A stretch of 64,000 bases of DNA, from positions 1,642-65,641 of the forward strand of contig JBNLVL010000010.1 of assembly GCA_050618075.1 (NCBI GenBank). The letters run 5' to 3'. Below are positions 47,270 through 55,891 of the stretch, piece by piece. Position numbers and translations under genes: made by a program. Position 1 is the stretch's first letter. Each line of letters begins with the position of its first letter. The stretch is from Myxococcota bacterium (GTDB lineage Bacteria; Myxococcota_A; UBA9160; UBA4427). The notes beneath the pieces are model-generated. The model did not search any database. It had not been told where the DNA came from and saw nothing but the letters and a program-made list of their open reading frames with translations.

Positions 47270-47354
47270 CGCGAGCCTCCGGTCGAGGGGGTGGTGCGGG
47301 CGCGGGTCGGCGGTCGGCGCGGACCGGAGCCCGGGGCCCGGTCCGCGCCGCGCA

Positions 47355-48656
47355 TCAGTCCAGGCGCTCGAGGACGGTCGAGATGCCCATCCCGGCGCCG
47401 ATGCACTGGGTCGCCAGGCCGTAGCGGGTCCCGCTGCGGCGCAGCTCCTTGGCCACCGTCGTCACCAGCCGCGCGCCGGTGGCGCCCAGCGGGTGGCCGA
47501 TGGCGATCGAGCCCCCGTTGACGTTCACCTTGTCCAGGTCGATCCCCAGGTCGCGCACCGAGGGGAGCACCTGGGCGGCGAAGGCCTCGTTGAACTCGAC
47601 GCGGTCGATCTGCCCCGCCTCGATGCCCGCGTGGGCGAGGGCCTTCTTCGTCGACACGATCGGTCCGATGCCCATGAGCTGGGGCTTCACGCCGCCGACG
47701 CCCATGCCGACCACCCGCGCCAGGGGCTCGAGGCCGAGGGCGATCGCCTTCTCCTCGCTCATCAGGAGCGCGGACGAGATGCCGTCGTTCGTCGGGCACG
47801 AGTTGCCGGCGGTGATGCGCAGCTCCTTGTCGCCGAAGCTGTGGAGCCCCTTCACCGGCCCCAGCTGGCCGAGCTTCTCGAGGGTCGTGGTGTGGCGGAT
47901 GCACTCGTCGCGGTCGAAGGTGATCGTCGGACCGGTCTCGTCCTCGACCCAGGCGCCGTTGTCGTCGAACACCGGGTCCTCCACCTCGAGCGGCACCACC
48001 TCGTCCTTGTAGATGCCGTTCTCGTAGGCCTGGTGCGTCTTCTGGTGGCTCTCGTAGGCGAACCGGTCCAGCTCCTCCCGGGACAGGTCGTAGATCTCGG
48101 CCACGTTCTGGGCGGTCTGCACCATCCCCACCAGCGGCGGCGAGTCCAGGATGTAGTCCGGAAAGGGCACGGAGAAGTACTCGTCGTGGTCGTGGGCCAT
48201 GGCCCGCTGCACGTCGTTCAGCTGGAAGAGCTTCTCGTTCATCTTCGTGACGCGCGTCTCCTGGCCGCCGCCGCCGAGCCCCAGCCCGCGTCCCATGCGC
48301 TCGATGCCCAGGGCGATCCCGCAGTCGATGGCGCCCACGGCGATCGACATGGCGATGCGCTGGAAGGTCTCCATGCTCGATCCGCACTGCCGGTTGGAGT
48401 TGAACGAGCAGGTCTCCATGGGCAGCCCGGCGAGCCGCGCCACGTTTCCGAGACCCGCGAACTCGCCCCGGCCGGAGACGTTGCCGAGACCGACGTCCTC
48501 GATCATCGCATCGCTGACCTTGGGGTGGCGATCGAGCAGGGTCCGGAGGATCCGGGCGCCGGCGTCGTCGAGGCGGGTCGCGACCAGCTTGCCGCGCCCG
48601 CCCCGGGCGAAGGCCGAGCGGGCGCCGTCCACGAGCACCACGTTTCGAATCTGCAT
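47355..48656 (-). CDS. acetyl-CoA C-acyltransferase (thiolase)
   Basis: Active-site Cys block NRQCGSS. C-terminal NVNGGSIAIGHPLGATG and CIGAGMG. Confidence 0.9.
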   Translation of the reverse strand: MQIRNVVLVDGARSAFARGGRGKLVATRLDDAGARILRTLLDRHPKVSDAMIEDVGLGNVSGRGEFAGLGNVARLAGLPMETCSFNSNRQCGSSMETFQRIAMSIAVGAIDCGIALGIERMGRGLGLGGGGQETRVTKMNEKLFQLNDVQRAMAHDHDEYFSVPFPDYILDSPPLVGMVQTAQNVAEIYDLSREELDRFAYESHQKTHQAYENGIYKDEVVPLEVEDPVFDDNGAWVEDETGPTITFDRDECIRHTTTLEKLGQLGPVKGLHSFGDKELRITAGNSCPTNDGISSALLMSEEKAIALGLEPLARVVGMGVGGVKPQLMGIGPIVSTKKALAHAGIEAGQIDRVEFNEAFAAQVLPSVRDLGIDLDKVNVNGGSIAIGHPLGATGARLVTTVAKELRRSGTRYGLATQCIGAGMGISTVLERLD

Positions 48657-48845
48657 GGGAGTTCCTCTGTCTGGAGGGTCGCACTCCAGGTGCGCGCGCT
48701 CGCGAAGGCCGCGAGCCGCCCGCGGACCGGACCTCCGGCCCCGGATGTGCGCCCGGATAAAGGGGACTGTTGAGAGTGCGGGCTCCAGCGGTGGGGGTCA
48801 ATCCCCGTTGCCGGGAGCCGACCCGGGCCTCAGGTGGGGCCGGGC

Positions 48846-49694
48846 TCAGGCTTCCCCGCAGACCATCCAGGAGTGCGCATCTTCCAGGACCGGCCTGCCG
48901 CCTTCGCTCAGCATCTTCGTGTGGGGCTCGCAGTAGCGCACGAAGAGCCCGGGGCGCTCCTCGCCACCGCCGTTCGGACCCGACCCGTGCAGCGTGAGCC
49001 CGCTGAAGGCGACCGCCTCGCCCGCGGCCAGTGCCAGCTCCACCAGCGGCCCGGCGGCCGCCGCCTCCTGCAGCACCGGGTTCACCCCCGCCTGGTCGTG
49101 CTCCAGGAGACCGCGGCGGTGGGAGCCCTCCTCGATCACGAGTCCGCCGTTGCGGGCGTCGGTGTCGACGAGCGCCACCCAGACGGTGACGTCGGTCATG
49201 GGCTCCAGGCGTCCGTAGCCGTTGTCCTGGTGGAGGGGAATGTCGCTCCGCGCGGTCTCGCCGTCGGGCAGCTTGGTGATGAACTGCTGGTGGGTGAGGC
49301 AGACGTCGGGTCCCAGCAGCTGGCGCACCGCAGCGAGATGGCCTCCGCCCAGGCAGAAGCGGCGAACGGGCTCGGAGCGGTGGCAGAGCTGGATGTTGAC
49401 GAACAGGTTCTGGTTCGAGGGCCCGCCGTAGGCCACGGGCAGGCGGAACCGCTCCTCTTCGGCGCGGAGCGCCGCGACCTCGTCGGCATCGAGGACGGCT
49501 CCCAGAGCCACCCAGCCCCGATCGCGATAGTGCGCGAGGGCCGCTTCGTCCAGACCGCCCCCGCTCTCCTCGAGCTCCTTCGGGACCGCCTCCCCTTCCA
49601 CCGCGCATCTCCCTTCCGTCGGGGCCGTCCCTTCCGTCCCTTCCGTCACGTCCGTCACGTCCGTCACCGCCGTCGCTCCGCCACCGGCGCCCAT
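48846..49694 (-). CDS. phytanoyl-CoA dioxygenase (PhyH)-family Fe(II)/2OG oxygenase
   Basis: Internal ATG at 49694. HxD motif PLHQDNGY and distal His GLTLHGSGPN. The first roughly 30 codons are repeat-derived (TDVTDVTEGTEGT), so the true start may be further downstream. Confidence 0.75.
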   Translation of the reverse strand: MGAGGGATAVTDVTDVTEGTEGTAPTEGRCAVEGEAVPKELEESGGGLDEAALAHYRDRGWVALGAVLDADEVAALRAEEERFRLPVAYGGPSNQNLFVNIQLCHRSEPVRRFCLGGGHLAAVRQLLGPDVCLTHQQFITKLPDGETARSDIPLHQDNGYGRLEPMTDVTVWVALVDTDARNGGLVIEEGSHRRGLLEHDQAGVNPVLQEAAAAGPLVELALAAGEAVAFSGLTLHGSGPNGGGEERPGLFVRYCEPHTKMLSEGGRPVLEDAHSWMVCGEA

Positions 49695-50049
49695 TATGTC
49701 AGTTGTGGCTCGAAGAATGCGCCTGAGCTCGCATGAGGCATCCCCTGAATTCGTCCCTGGCCGGACATCCCGCCCGCTCTCGACCCTCTGGACTGAGCTG
49801 TGTCTCAAAGGTGTGGACACCTCTGAGAACAAAGAGTTGAGGGTCAGCCGGCCCTTCCTCCAGAGTTGGTGTTGCCACACATCAACCAGGGAGGGGGATC
49901 GGTGGCCCTCGAGTTGTCTTGTGGTGACAACAACTCAGGAGATCGATGGCAGTGGCCCTTGCCGCCAGTCCCGCAGAACTGTCTCGACCTTTGAGACAGA
50001 GTTCACGCTGGACCTCGCGGCTGACCCACGGCTCGGACGAATGGACCCT

Positions 50050-51042
50050 TCAGGCCCGCCTAGCCACAACCCCCGCCTCGGCGAGCAGCGCGAGTGAGGT
50101 ATCGCCCAACGGATACTCCGCGCTGTAGACCACCTCGGAGATGCCGGAGTTGATGATCATCTTCGTGCATTGAAGACAGGGCGAGAAGGTCGTGTAGACG
50201 GTCCCGCCCTCCAGGCTCACGCCGTGGAAGGCCGCCTGGGTGATGGCGTTCTCCTCTGCATGACTGCACAGGCAGTCGCCCAGCTGGGTCCCGCCGCGTG
50301 CGAAGCTGTTGCAGCGGGGGCAGCCGCCTTCGTTGCAGTTCTTCGTGCCCCGCGGCGTGCCGTTGTATCCGGTCGAGATGATGCGGCGCTCTCGCGTGAC
50401 GACCGCGCCGACCTTGCGCTTCACGCAGTTGCTGCGCGTCGCCACCATCTGCGCGATCGACAGGAAGTACTCGTCCCAGCTCGGCCGCTCGAAATAGAGG
50501 CTCTTCTCGAGAATCCGCTGGACCGCATCGTGAAGCGTCGGCAGGTCGCCCTCGTTGTGGACGACGTAGTCTGCGAGCTCGCGCACCCGGTCGAGCTGCT
50601 GCGCGGCGGGGTCCTCGCTGCCCCGCTCCCGTCCCTCCAGCTCGAGGAGTTGATCGAGGGTCTCGGGGTCTCCCGGACGCCCGCGGGCCTTCAGGCGCTC
50701 GATCCGGATCTTCGGATCCGCGTCGACCCAGATGAGGTGGAAGTGCGCGCGATAGGCGCGCAACGCCTCCACCTCGGCCGGATGCCGGATGGAGTCGATC
50801 GCGTAGTTCTTGCCCGCCTCGAGCTTCGTCACCAGGTGCTGCGCCAGGGCCCCCGGCCCGTTGGCCGCGCGCAGCTCGCGTCCGGTCTCGATCATCAATT
50901 CGCGGCTCTCTTCCAGCCCCCGCTGCTTCAGGACGTCCCGAATGGCGTCGGACAGGGAGTGGACGTAGAAGCTCCGCTCCGCGAGGTACTGCACCACCTC
51001 GCCCTTCCCTGCACCGTTCGGTCCCGCGATTCCGATGATCAT
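50050..51042 (-). CDS. P-loop kinase-like domain fused to a dCMP/cytidine deaminase domain (DcdV-like)
   Basis: Internal ATG at 51042. Walker A GIAGPNGAGKG at the N-terminus. Zinc deaminase motifs CSHAEENA and PCLQCTKM in the C-terminal half. Confidence 0.85.
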   Translation of the reverse strand: MIIGIAGPNGAGKGEVVQYLAERSFYVHSLSDAIRDVLKQRGLEESRELMIETGRELRAANGPGALAQHLVTKLEAGKNYAIDSIRHPAEVEALRAYRAHFHLIWVDADPKIRIERLKARGRPGDPETLDQLLELEGRERGSEDPAAQQLDRVRELADYVVHNEGDLPTLHDAVQRILEKSLYFERPSWDEYFLSIAQMVATRSNCVKRKVGAVVTRERRIISTGYNGTPRGTKNCNEGGCPRCNSFARGGTQLGDCLCSHAEENAITQAAFHGVSLEGGTVYTTFSPCLQCTKMIINSGISEVVYSAEYPLGDTSLALLAEAGVVARRA

Positions 51043-51293
51043 GAGCCCTCGTCCTTCCCTGAAGCTCCGCGATGGTGCAATGGCTGTCCCCGCGAAACCA
51101 GGCTGAGCCGCATTTCCCCCACGGTATCCGTTGAGAAAGGCCGACGCCCTCAAGGAAACCTCATGTCCGGCTCATTTTTGCCCGACCTGGAAATGGGATT
51201 CTGCAGGAGCCCGCCCGGGGTAAAACACCCTCGCCAGGGGACAGCGCCGGGGCGATCAAGAACCTGGGCTTCGAAGCGGAAAGTGGTGGATCG

Positions 51294-52799
51294 ATGGCAT
51301 CGGTCGAGGGCAGCTCAGACCGATCCTGGACGGATGATCCAACTCCCTCGCCTACCGGTGTATCCGGCGAGGCTTCCGCTCAGCTAGGCGAACATGCCCT
51401 GGTGCTTGGAGCCGGCGTCGCCGGCCTGCTCGCCGCGAGTGTCCTCGCGAGACGCTTTGCCCGTGTCACCGTCGTTGAGCGCGACGGTCCGCCTGACAAG
51501 GTGGCCGCACGCAAAGGTGTGCCCCAGGCCAATCACATCCACCTCTTGCTCATCCGCGGCGCGCAGATCATCGAGCGCCTCTATCCGGGCTTCTTCGATG
51601 AACTCGAGCAAGATGGCGGACTGGTCGCCGATAGCACCCGTGACCTCGCCTTCTACCACTTCGGGCAGTGGCAGCCCCGCGGCTTCTCCGGCCTCCCAAC
51701 TCGCATGCAAAGCCGCGCGTTACTGGAGTGGCACCTCTACCGGCGCACCTCTGCGCTCCCGAACGTGGATGTGGCTCACGGTGCCGAGGTGGTCGAGCCG
51801 GTGCTCGATGCTTCTGCACGTGTGCGTGGCGTTCAGCTTCGGCGACAGGCAACCGGTGAGACCGAGGAGGTTGGGACCGACCTGGTCGTCGACGCGGCCG
51901 GACGAGCAAGCCCGACGCCTCGATGGTTGAAGCACGCCGGTCTCGAACGCCCGACCGAGAGCAAGGTGGGTCTCCCCATCACCTACGCCAGCCGATTCTT
52001 CGAAGCGCCGGCCGACCATCCGGACTGGCAAGCAATGCTGGTCTACCCGTGGGCCCCGCATGAACACCGAGGTGGTGCTCTATACCTCCAGGAAGGCAAT
52101 CGCTGGATCGCAACGATCGCGAGCTACAGGGCGGAGACTCCGCCTACGAGCGACGACGAGTTCCTGCGCTTCGCCGCAGGGCTCCCAAATTCCGAGATCC
52201 ACGACCAGATTGCCCGGGCAACCCCAGCGAGCCCGATTCATACATACCACTATCCGGGCGCTCGCTTGGTTCACTATGAGAAGCTGCGCGAGACGCTAGG
52301 CAGGCTCGTGGTTCTGGGCGACGCAGTCGCGAGCGTCAACCCCGTGTTTGGCCAGGGCATGACGAGCGCGGCGCTTCAGGTGGAGGCGCTGGCAGGGTGC
52401 CTCGAAAGCACATCAGAGCTGGATGCTGGGTTCGAGTGTTCATTTGCACGGGCGGCGTCCCGAGCGTGTCGCCAGCCATGGTTCATGTCGACCACGATGG
52501 ACCTTCGCTACCCCTACGCCGAGGGTGACCGGAGCATCTGGCAGCCGCTCATCAACGCCTACCTCGGGTCGTTCTTCAGGTCTACGGCCAACAGCCAGGG
52601 GCGACTGGAAGATTTGATGCGAGTGCTGCATCTCGTGAGCGGACCCGAGCGGTGGTTTCGGCCGGCTGCACTTGCTGCGGTGGTCTCGGCTGCTCGCTGG
52701 ACTCCCTCGGCCCCGGATTCATCGGTGCCCCCTCCTCCGCGACCTCGATTGCGAAAGGTCAATCTCGCGGGCGTGGCCGAGGAAAGCGCGCGCGGATAG
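51294..52799 (+). CDS. FAD-dependent oxidoreductase/monooxygenase
   Basis: Rossmann dinucleotide motif LVLGAGVAGLLAA...VVERD. GD motif VVLGDAVASVNPVFGQGM. Confidence 0.8.
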   Translation: MASVEGSSDRSWTDDPTPSPTGVSGEASAQLGEHALVLGAGVAGLLAASVLARRFARVTVVERDGPPDKVAARKGVPQANHIHLLLIRGAQIIERLYPGFFDELEQDGGLVADSTRDLAFYHFGQWQPRGFSGLPTRMQSRALLEWHLYRRTSALPNVDVAHGAEVVEPVLDASARVRGVQLRRQATGETEEVGTDLVVDAAGRASPTPRWLKHAGLERPTESKVGLPITYASRFFEAPADHPDWQAMLVYPWAPHEHRGGALYLQEGNRWIATIASYRAETPPTSDDEFLRFAAGLPNSEIHDQIARATPASPIHTYHYPGARLVHYEKLRETLGRLVVLGDAVASVNPVFGQGMTSAALQVEALAGCLESTSELDAGFECSFARAASRACRQPWFMSTTMDLRYPYAEGDRSIWQPLINAYLGSFFRSTANSQGRLEDLMRVLHLVSGPERWFRPAALAAVVSAARWTPSAPDSSVPPPPRPRLRKVNLAGVAEESARG

Positions 52800-52871
52800 T
52801 TCTACAAGGCAGCCCCGGGTTCAAGTGCGGGCCACAAGAACTGGCACCAGGCCAACAGTCGAGCGCTTGAA

Positions 52872-52894
52872 CCGCCCCGGGATTCCCGGGGCGG
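52872..52894 (+). terminator. perfect 10-bp GC hairpin downstream of the FAD oxidoreductase gene
   Basis: CCGCCCCGGG-att-CCCGGGGCGG lies 73 nt after the stop. There is no T-tract, so it is terminator-like only. Confidence 0.4.
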
Positions 52895-52955
52895 CTCAAC
52901 CCCACAACACTCAACATCCTCAATTTCGAAGATTTACAACCCACACACCTGGGTG

Positions 52956-52985
52956 TTGATTCCTGTCGGGACATGCGCCTATAAT
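52956..52985 (+). promoter_or_regulatory. near-consensus sigma-70 promoter
   Basis: TTGATT (52956-52961), an 18-nt spacer, then TATAAT (52980-52985). It is in an AT-richer stretch and points into the 53.0-55.5 kb cassette. Confidence 0.5.
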
Positions 52986-53225
52986 CGCGTTTGACTGAAC
53001 CCAAATAGGGCATGCAGGTGGTTAAGTACCGAATCATACACCGGCATCAATCTCAGATGGCGCGCCGCTTCCGGCGCCTCGCGCAGCACCAGTCCCGAGC
53101 TCTCGAGCCACTCGCTAGCAGAATCTTCGGCACCGGGGTCGAAAACCTAGCCAGATTCACGACCTGCGAGAATAAAGACTTCTACCCAACACGCCCGAAC
53201 CTGCGCACCTCTCGGACCAAAGAGA

Positions 53226-53816
53226 ATGTCATACCCCGAGCCCCCGCACCGACCACCGCAGAAGATGCCGCGGAGCAGCCGTTACTGGAAGAGGCTCACC
53301 CGCCGCGCCCGCCGTTACGTGGAACTAGTCCAGCGCACGGACCAGACAACGGAATCCTCGATTTGGTGGCGCCTTCTCATCCAGCCTCTAACCGAACTTC
53401 ACAACCCGACACCGACGATCCCGAGGCAACTGTACCGGATCGTCGCTTACGCGGTCATGATAGTGATTGCCCTTGTCGCCCTCGATTCAGCCGTCAGCCT
53501 TGGCATCACCGCACGTGATCAGATCGTTTCGGAGCCCCCGGCACGTCACGGCTCAGACAACCCGCCTATCATGGAAGGGACTGTTGCGAACCCAACGAGA
53601 CCTTTCGACTTGGACCCTTCCTCGTCGAAGGCACAACGCCCCCTTCACCAGATCTACTTCCTGCCTCTCGAACACGGAAGGAAATACCTGTGGATTCTCA
53701 TGCCTGTACTTCTTGCAGGTGAGATTCTAGATTTGGGACAGATCGTCATACGCCAGGTTCTCTATGCGATCGGTCAGATCGCTAGGATATTCAGCGATGA
53801 TGACCCCGACGAGTAG
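53226..53816 (+). CDS. hypothetical membrane protein
   Basis: Two hydrophobic helices (IVAYAVMIVIALVALDSAV and YLWILMPVLLAGEIL). Lower-GC codon usage. The start is uncertain because an overlapping ORF 53012..53518 in another frame begins right behind the promoter. Confidence 0.5.
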   Translation: MSYPEPPHRPPQKMPRSSRYWKRLTRRARRYVELVQRTDQTTESSIWWRLLIQPLTELHNPTPTIPRQLYRIVAYAVMIVIALVALDSAVSLGITARDQIVSEPPARHGSDNPPIMEGTVANPTRPFDLDPSSSKAQRPLHQIYFLPLEHGRKYLWILMPVLLAGEILDLGQIVIRQVLYAIGQIARIFSDDDPDE

Positions 53817-55527
53817 CGCCGCGATCGACCCTTCGAGGCAGACTCTGGGATTTTTCCTGGTAAGCGCTGCCACCCTAGGAACCATTGGCGCGTTTGCCCT
53901 GCAGATCGGTGTTGTGCTCGATCAGTTCTTGCAGCCCAAGTTCTCATATGTAATTTCCGCCGGCGCGATCGGCGTCTCCGTCGCAACCTATCGATTCTGG
54001 ATACACAAGCGGCTCGTGAGGTACATCTTCGATTGGGGCTGGCACTCCGGCGTTGCGATTGTCGTAGGCGTTCTCGTCGCCATGCTTGCTGGTGCTCATA
54101 TTTCCCAGTTCGGCGTGAGACCCTCGGGATGGGGCCCAACCTCCTTCGCACTATTTTTCTCTTTTGTCTTGTCGGGCCTGCTCTTTACCCGCGCATTACA
54201 TCGCCTTGATGTGTTTCTAGCTTCCGGCTACAAGCCCGTACCTGAGCTTCTATCAGATGCGGCTTCCTTCCTGTTGCCGTTCGGGCTGTTCTACACAGCG
54301 TCAAGAGGATTTGACTGGCTAGAACTGTATGGCCTTCCAATCGGAATCGCGATCGGGCTTACGCATCTCCACTTTCGTCGACGGAGCTTCCTGGTGCGAC
54401 GTGCTTGTGCTGCCCCACTAGTGATTCCGCTTACCCACGGACAGCGATTGCCAAGAATGGAGGACGGGCCGGCACCCCCAAGTGCTACGGACTTCCTCGA
54501 CGTGCCAATCCACCATGGCCTCGAACTATATTGGTCCACGTCACCCGCTCGAGCGAACGCAAGTCCACAGGTCGAGTTCCGGCGCCACCTATTGAAGGGA
54601 GACCTGACCTCAGCAAGAAGAGCGCTTAGGGCATTGAGGCGTGAGCACTCGTCAAAAGACCTGTCGGTGGAATCTGCATACTTAGCGTTCTTCAACCGAA
54701 AGCTTCACCAGGTCATTGCTACATACTTCCGCGACGAGAGCAAGAGCTCGCGCCTTGCTGCTCTTGCCGCCTGCGTCTATCGAATGAGCGGTGACTACGA
54801 GCGGGCGGCGTCCATCGTTGCCACTCAGCTAGCGCAGAACCCGAATACCTTGGGGCGCGAGTACCTACTTGCGACGCTCGCAGACATTCTATTCGATCGC
54901 GGTAACCAAGCGGGCGCGCTAGAGGCGATACGAGAAGCGTACGAATTGGAGCCCAACTGCCCACTGATCGCGGCTCGCCATGCGTTCTACCGATACCAAG
55001 TAGAAGGCAGCGCGGTCCTAGAGGAATCGTTGTCAGGAATACTGGACGCCCACCGAGCCTATCAGGAAGGCCTCATCCACCTTGGCATCTACTCGGTTAG
55101 CCAGAGCATGAATCAAAGCGCGACAGCGCTCCTAAACGCCTCGATCTATCCTACCTGGAGCATGACCATTCTTCGCATGATGGCGAGTTTGCTAGTTCGC
55201 CAATGTCTCAACTCGCGAGATCGAAGTTTCATTCGCCCGGCTCGAAGATTCATCGCACGCTGCTACAGCATCGACCCGCGCGACCCCATTACCAACCTTT
55301 GCGTTGCCCAGATCGCGCTCGCCGAGTCTCAGGTCGCCATCAACGACGAGCAGTCTCGAAGTCAAACAAGGTGGCTGAGAAAGGCGGCGCGTGCGCTCGA
55401 CCGCTGCGAACTTCTCGTTCGCCGAGGAGTCGAGGAGCAACGCCGCGCAGTGGCCGGCCAGAGTCTCCTCCTAGAGATCCAGGACACTCGATCGGTAATT
55501 GAGAAGCTCTCTACCAGGAATGCTTAA
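53764..55527 (+). CDS. polytopic membrane protein with C-terminal TPR-like helical repeats
   Basis: About 6 TM helices in the first roughly 230 aa. Helical-repeat region follows (RMSGDYERAASIVATQLAQNPN..., LFDRGNQAGALEAIREAYELEPN). It overlaps the upstream ORF. Alternative ATGs are at 53797 and 53800. Confidence 0.65.
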   Translation: MRSVRSLGYSAMMTPTSSAAIDPSRQTLGFFLVSAATLGTIGAFALQIGVVLDQFLQPKFSYVISAGAIGVSVATYRFWIHKRLVRYIFDWGWHSGVAIVVGVLVAMLAGAHISQFGVRPSGWGPTSFALFFSFVLSGLLFTRALHRLDVFLASGYKPVPELLSDAASFLLPFGLFYTASRGFDWLELYGLPIGIAIGLTHLHFRRRSFLVRRACAAPLVIPLTHGQRLPRMEDGPAPPSATDFLDVPIHHGLELYWSTSPARANASPQVEFRRHLLKGDLTSARRALRALRREHSSKDLSVESAYLAFFNRKLHQVIATYFRDESKSSRLAALAACVYRMSGDYERAASIVATQLAQNPNTLGREYLLATLADILFDRGNQAGALEAIREAYELEPNCPLIAARHAFYRYQVEGSAVLEESLSGILDAHRAYQEGLIHLGIYSVSQSMNQSATALLNASIYPTWSMTILRMMASLLVRQCLNSRDRSFIRPARRFIARCYSIDPRDPITNLCVAQIALAESQVAINDEQSRSQTRWLRKAARALDRCELLVRRGVEEQRRAVAGQSLLLEIQDTRSVIEKLSTRNA

Positions 55528-55891
55528 GGCTACGGGCTCGCTGCACACGCCTCCCAGAAAAGCCTACATGTACAGAGCGTCGCTAGACGGCCGACCGGTG
55601 GGTCCGCACTTGTTTCCCATCATTTCCGCAATTGCTTGGGCTGAATCGCATGCCGCGAACCCACGATTGAGTCGCCTCTGGGTCCTGGAGATTTCGAACG
55701 GGTGCAACAACCTACCCTCAATCAGCCGACCGCGACAGCTGCGGCCAAGGCCGCTTCGGCTCGGCCGGCCACCGCCACGCCTGGGCCACAAGCCCAGCCT
55801 GAGCCAAGCGCTTGACGTGGGCAGCGTGGGGGTGACGAAAGCACCCCGTCTGCGAGGCCGTGGCCAACCCCGCGCCTGAGTATGTTTCCGG

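Noticed and set aside
49611-49680. Short tandem 9-10-bp repeats (cccttccgt and cacgtccgt units) at the 5' end of the PhyH-family gene
   Set aside because: They only generate a TDVTDVTEGTEGT stretch before the conserved domain. This most likely reflects an over-extended start or a slippage tract with no functional implication that I can support.
52811-52836. GGTTCAAGT-containing stretch resembling a tRNA T-arm at the island edge
   Set aside because: The flanking bases do not form the T-stem. No acceptor, D or anticodon arms can be drawn, so this is not a tRNA or an obvious tRNA fragment.
53012-53518. 168-aa ORF starting just behind the sigma-70-like promoter
   Set aside because: It overlaps the 53226..53816 frame by about 290 nt, and its distal half is Pro/Arg/Asp-rich without hydrophobic segments. 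Only its first roughly 70 codons look protein-like. It is kept as an open question (leader ORF or frameshift) rather than a feature.
55568-55879. ORF (MYRASLDGRPVGPHLFPIISAIAWAESH...) in the long convergent spacer, plus the opposite-strand ORF 55564..55791
   Set aside because: No SD sequence. The C-terminal two-thirds are Arg/Pro/Leu low-complexity sequence, and the two ORFs overlap each other. The evidence is not sufficient to call a gene.
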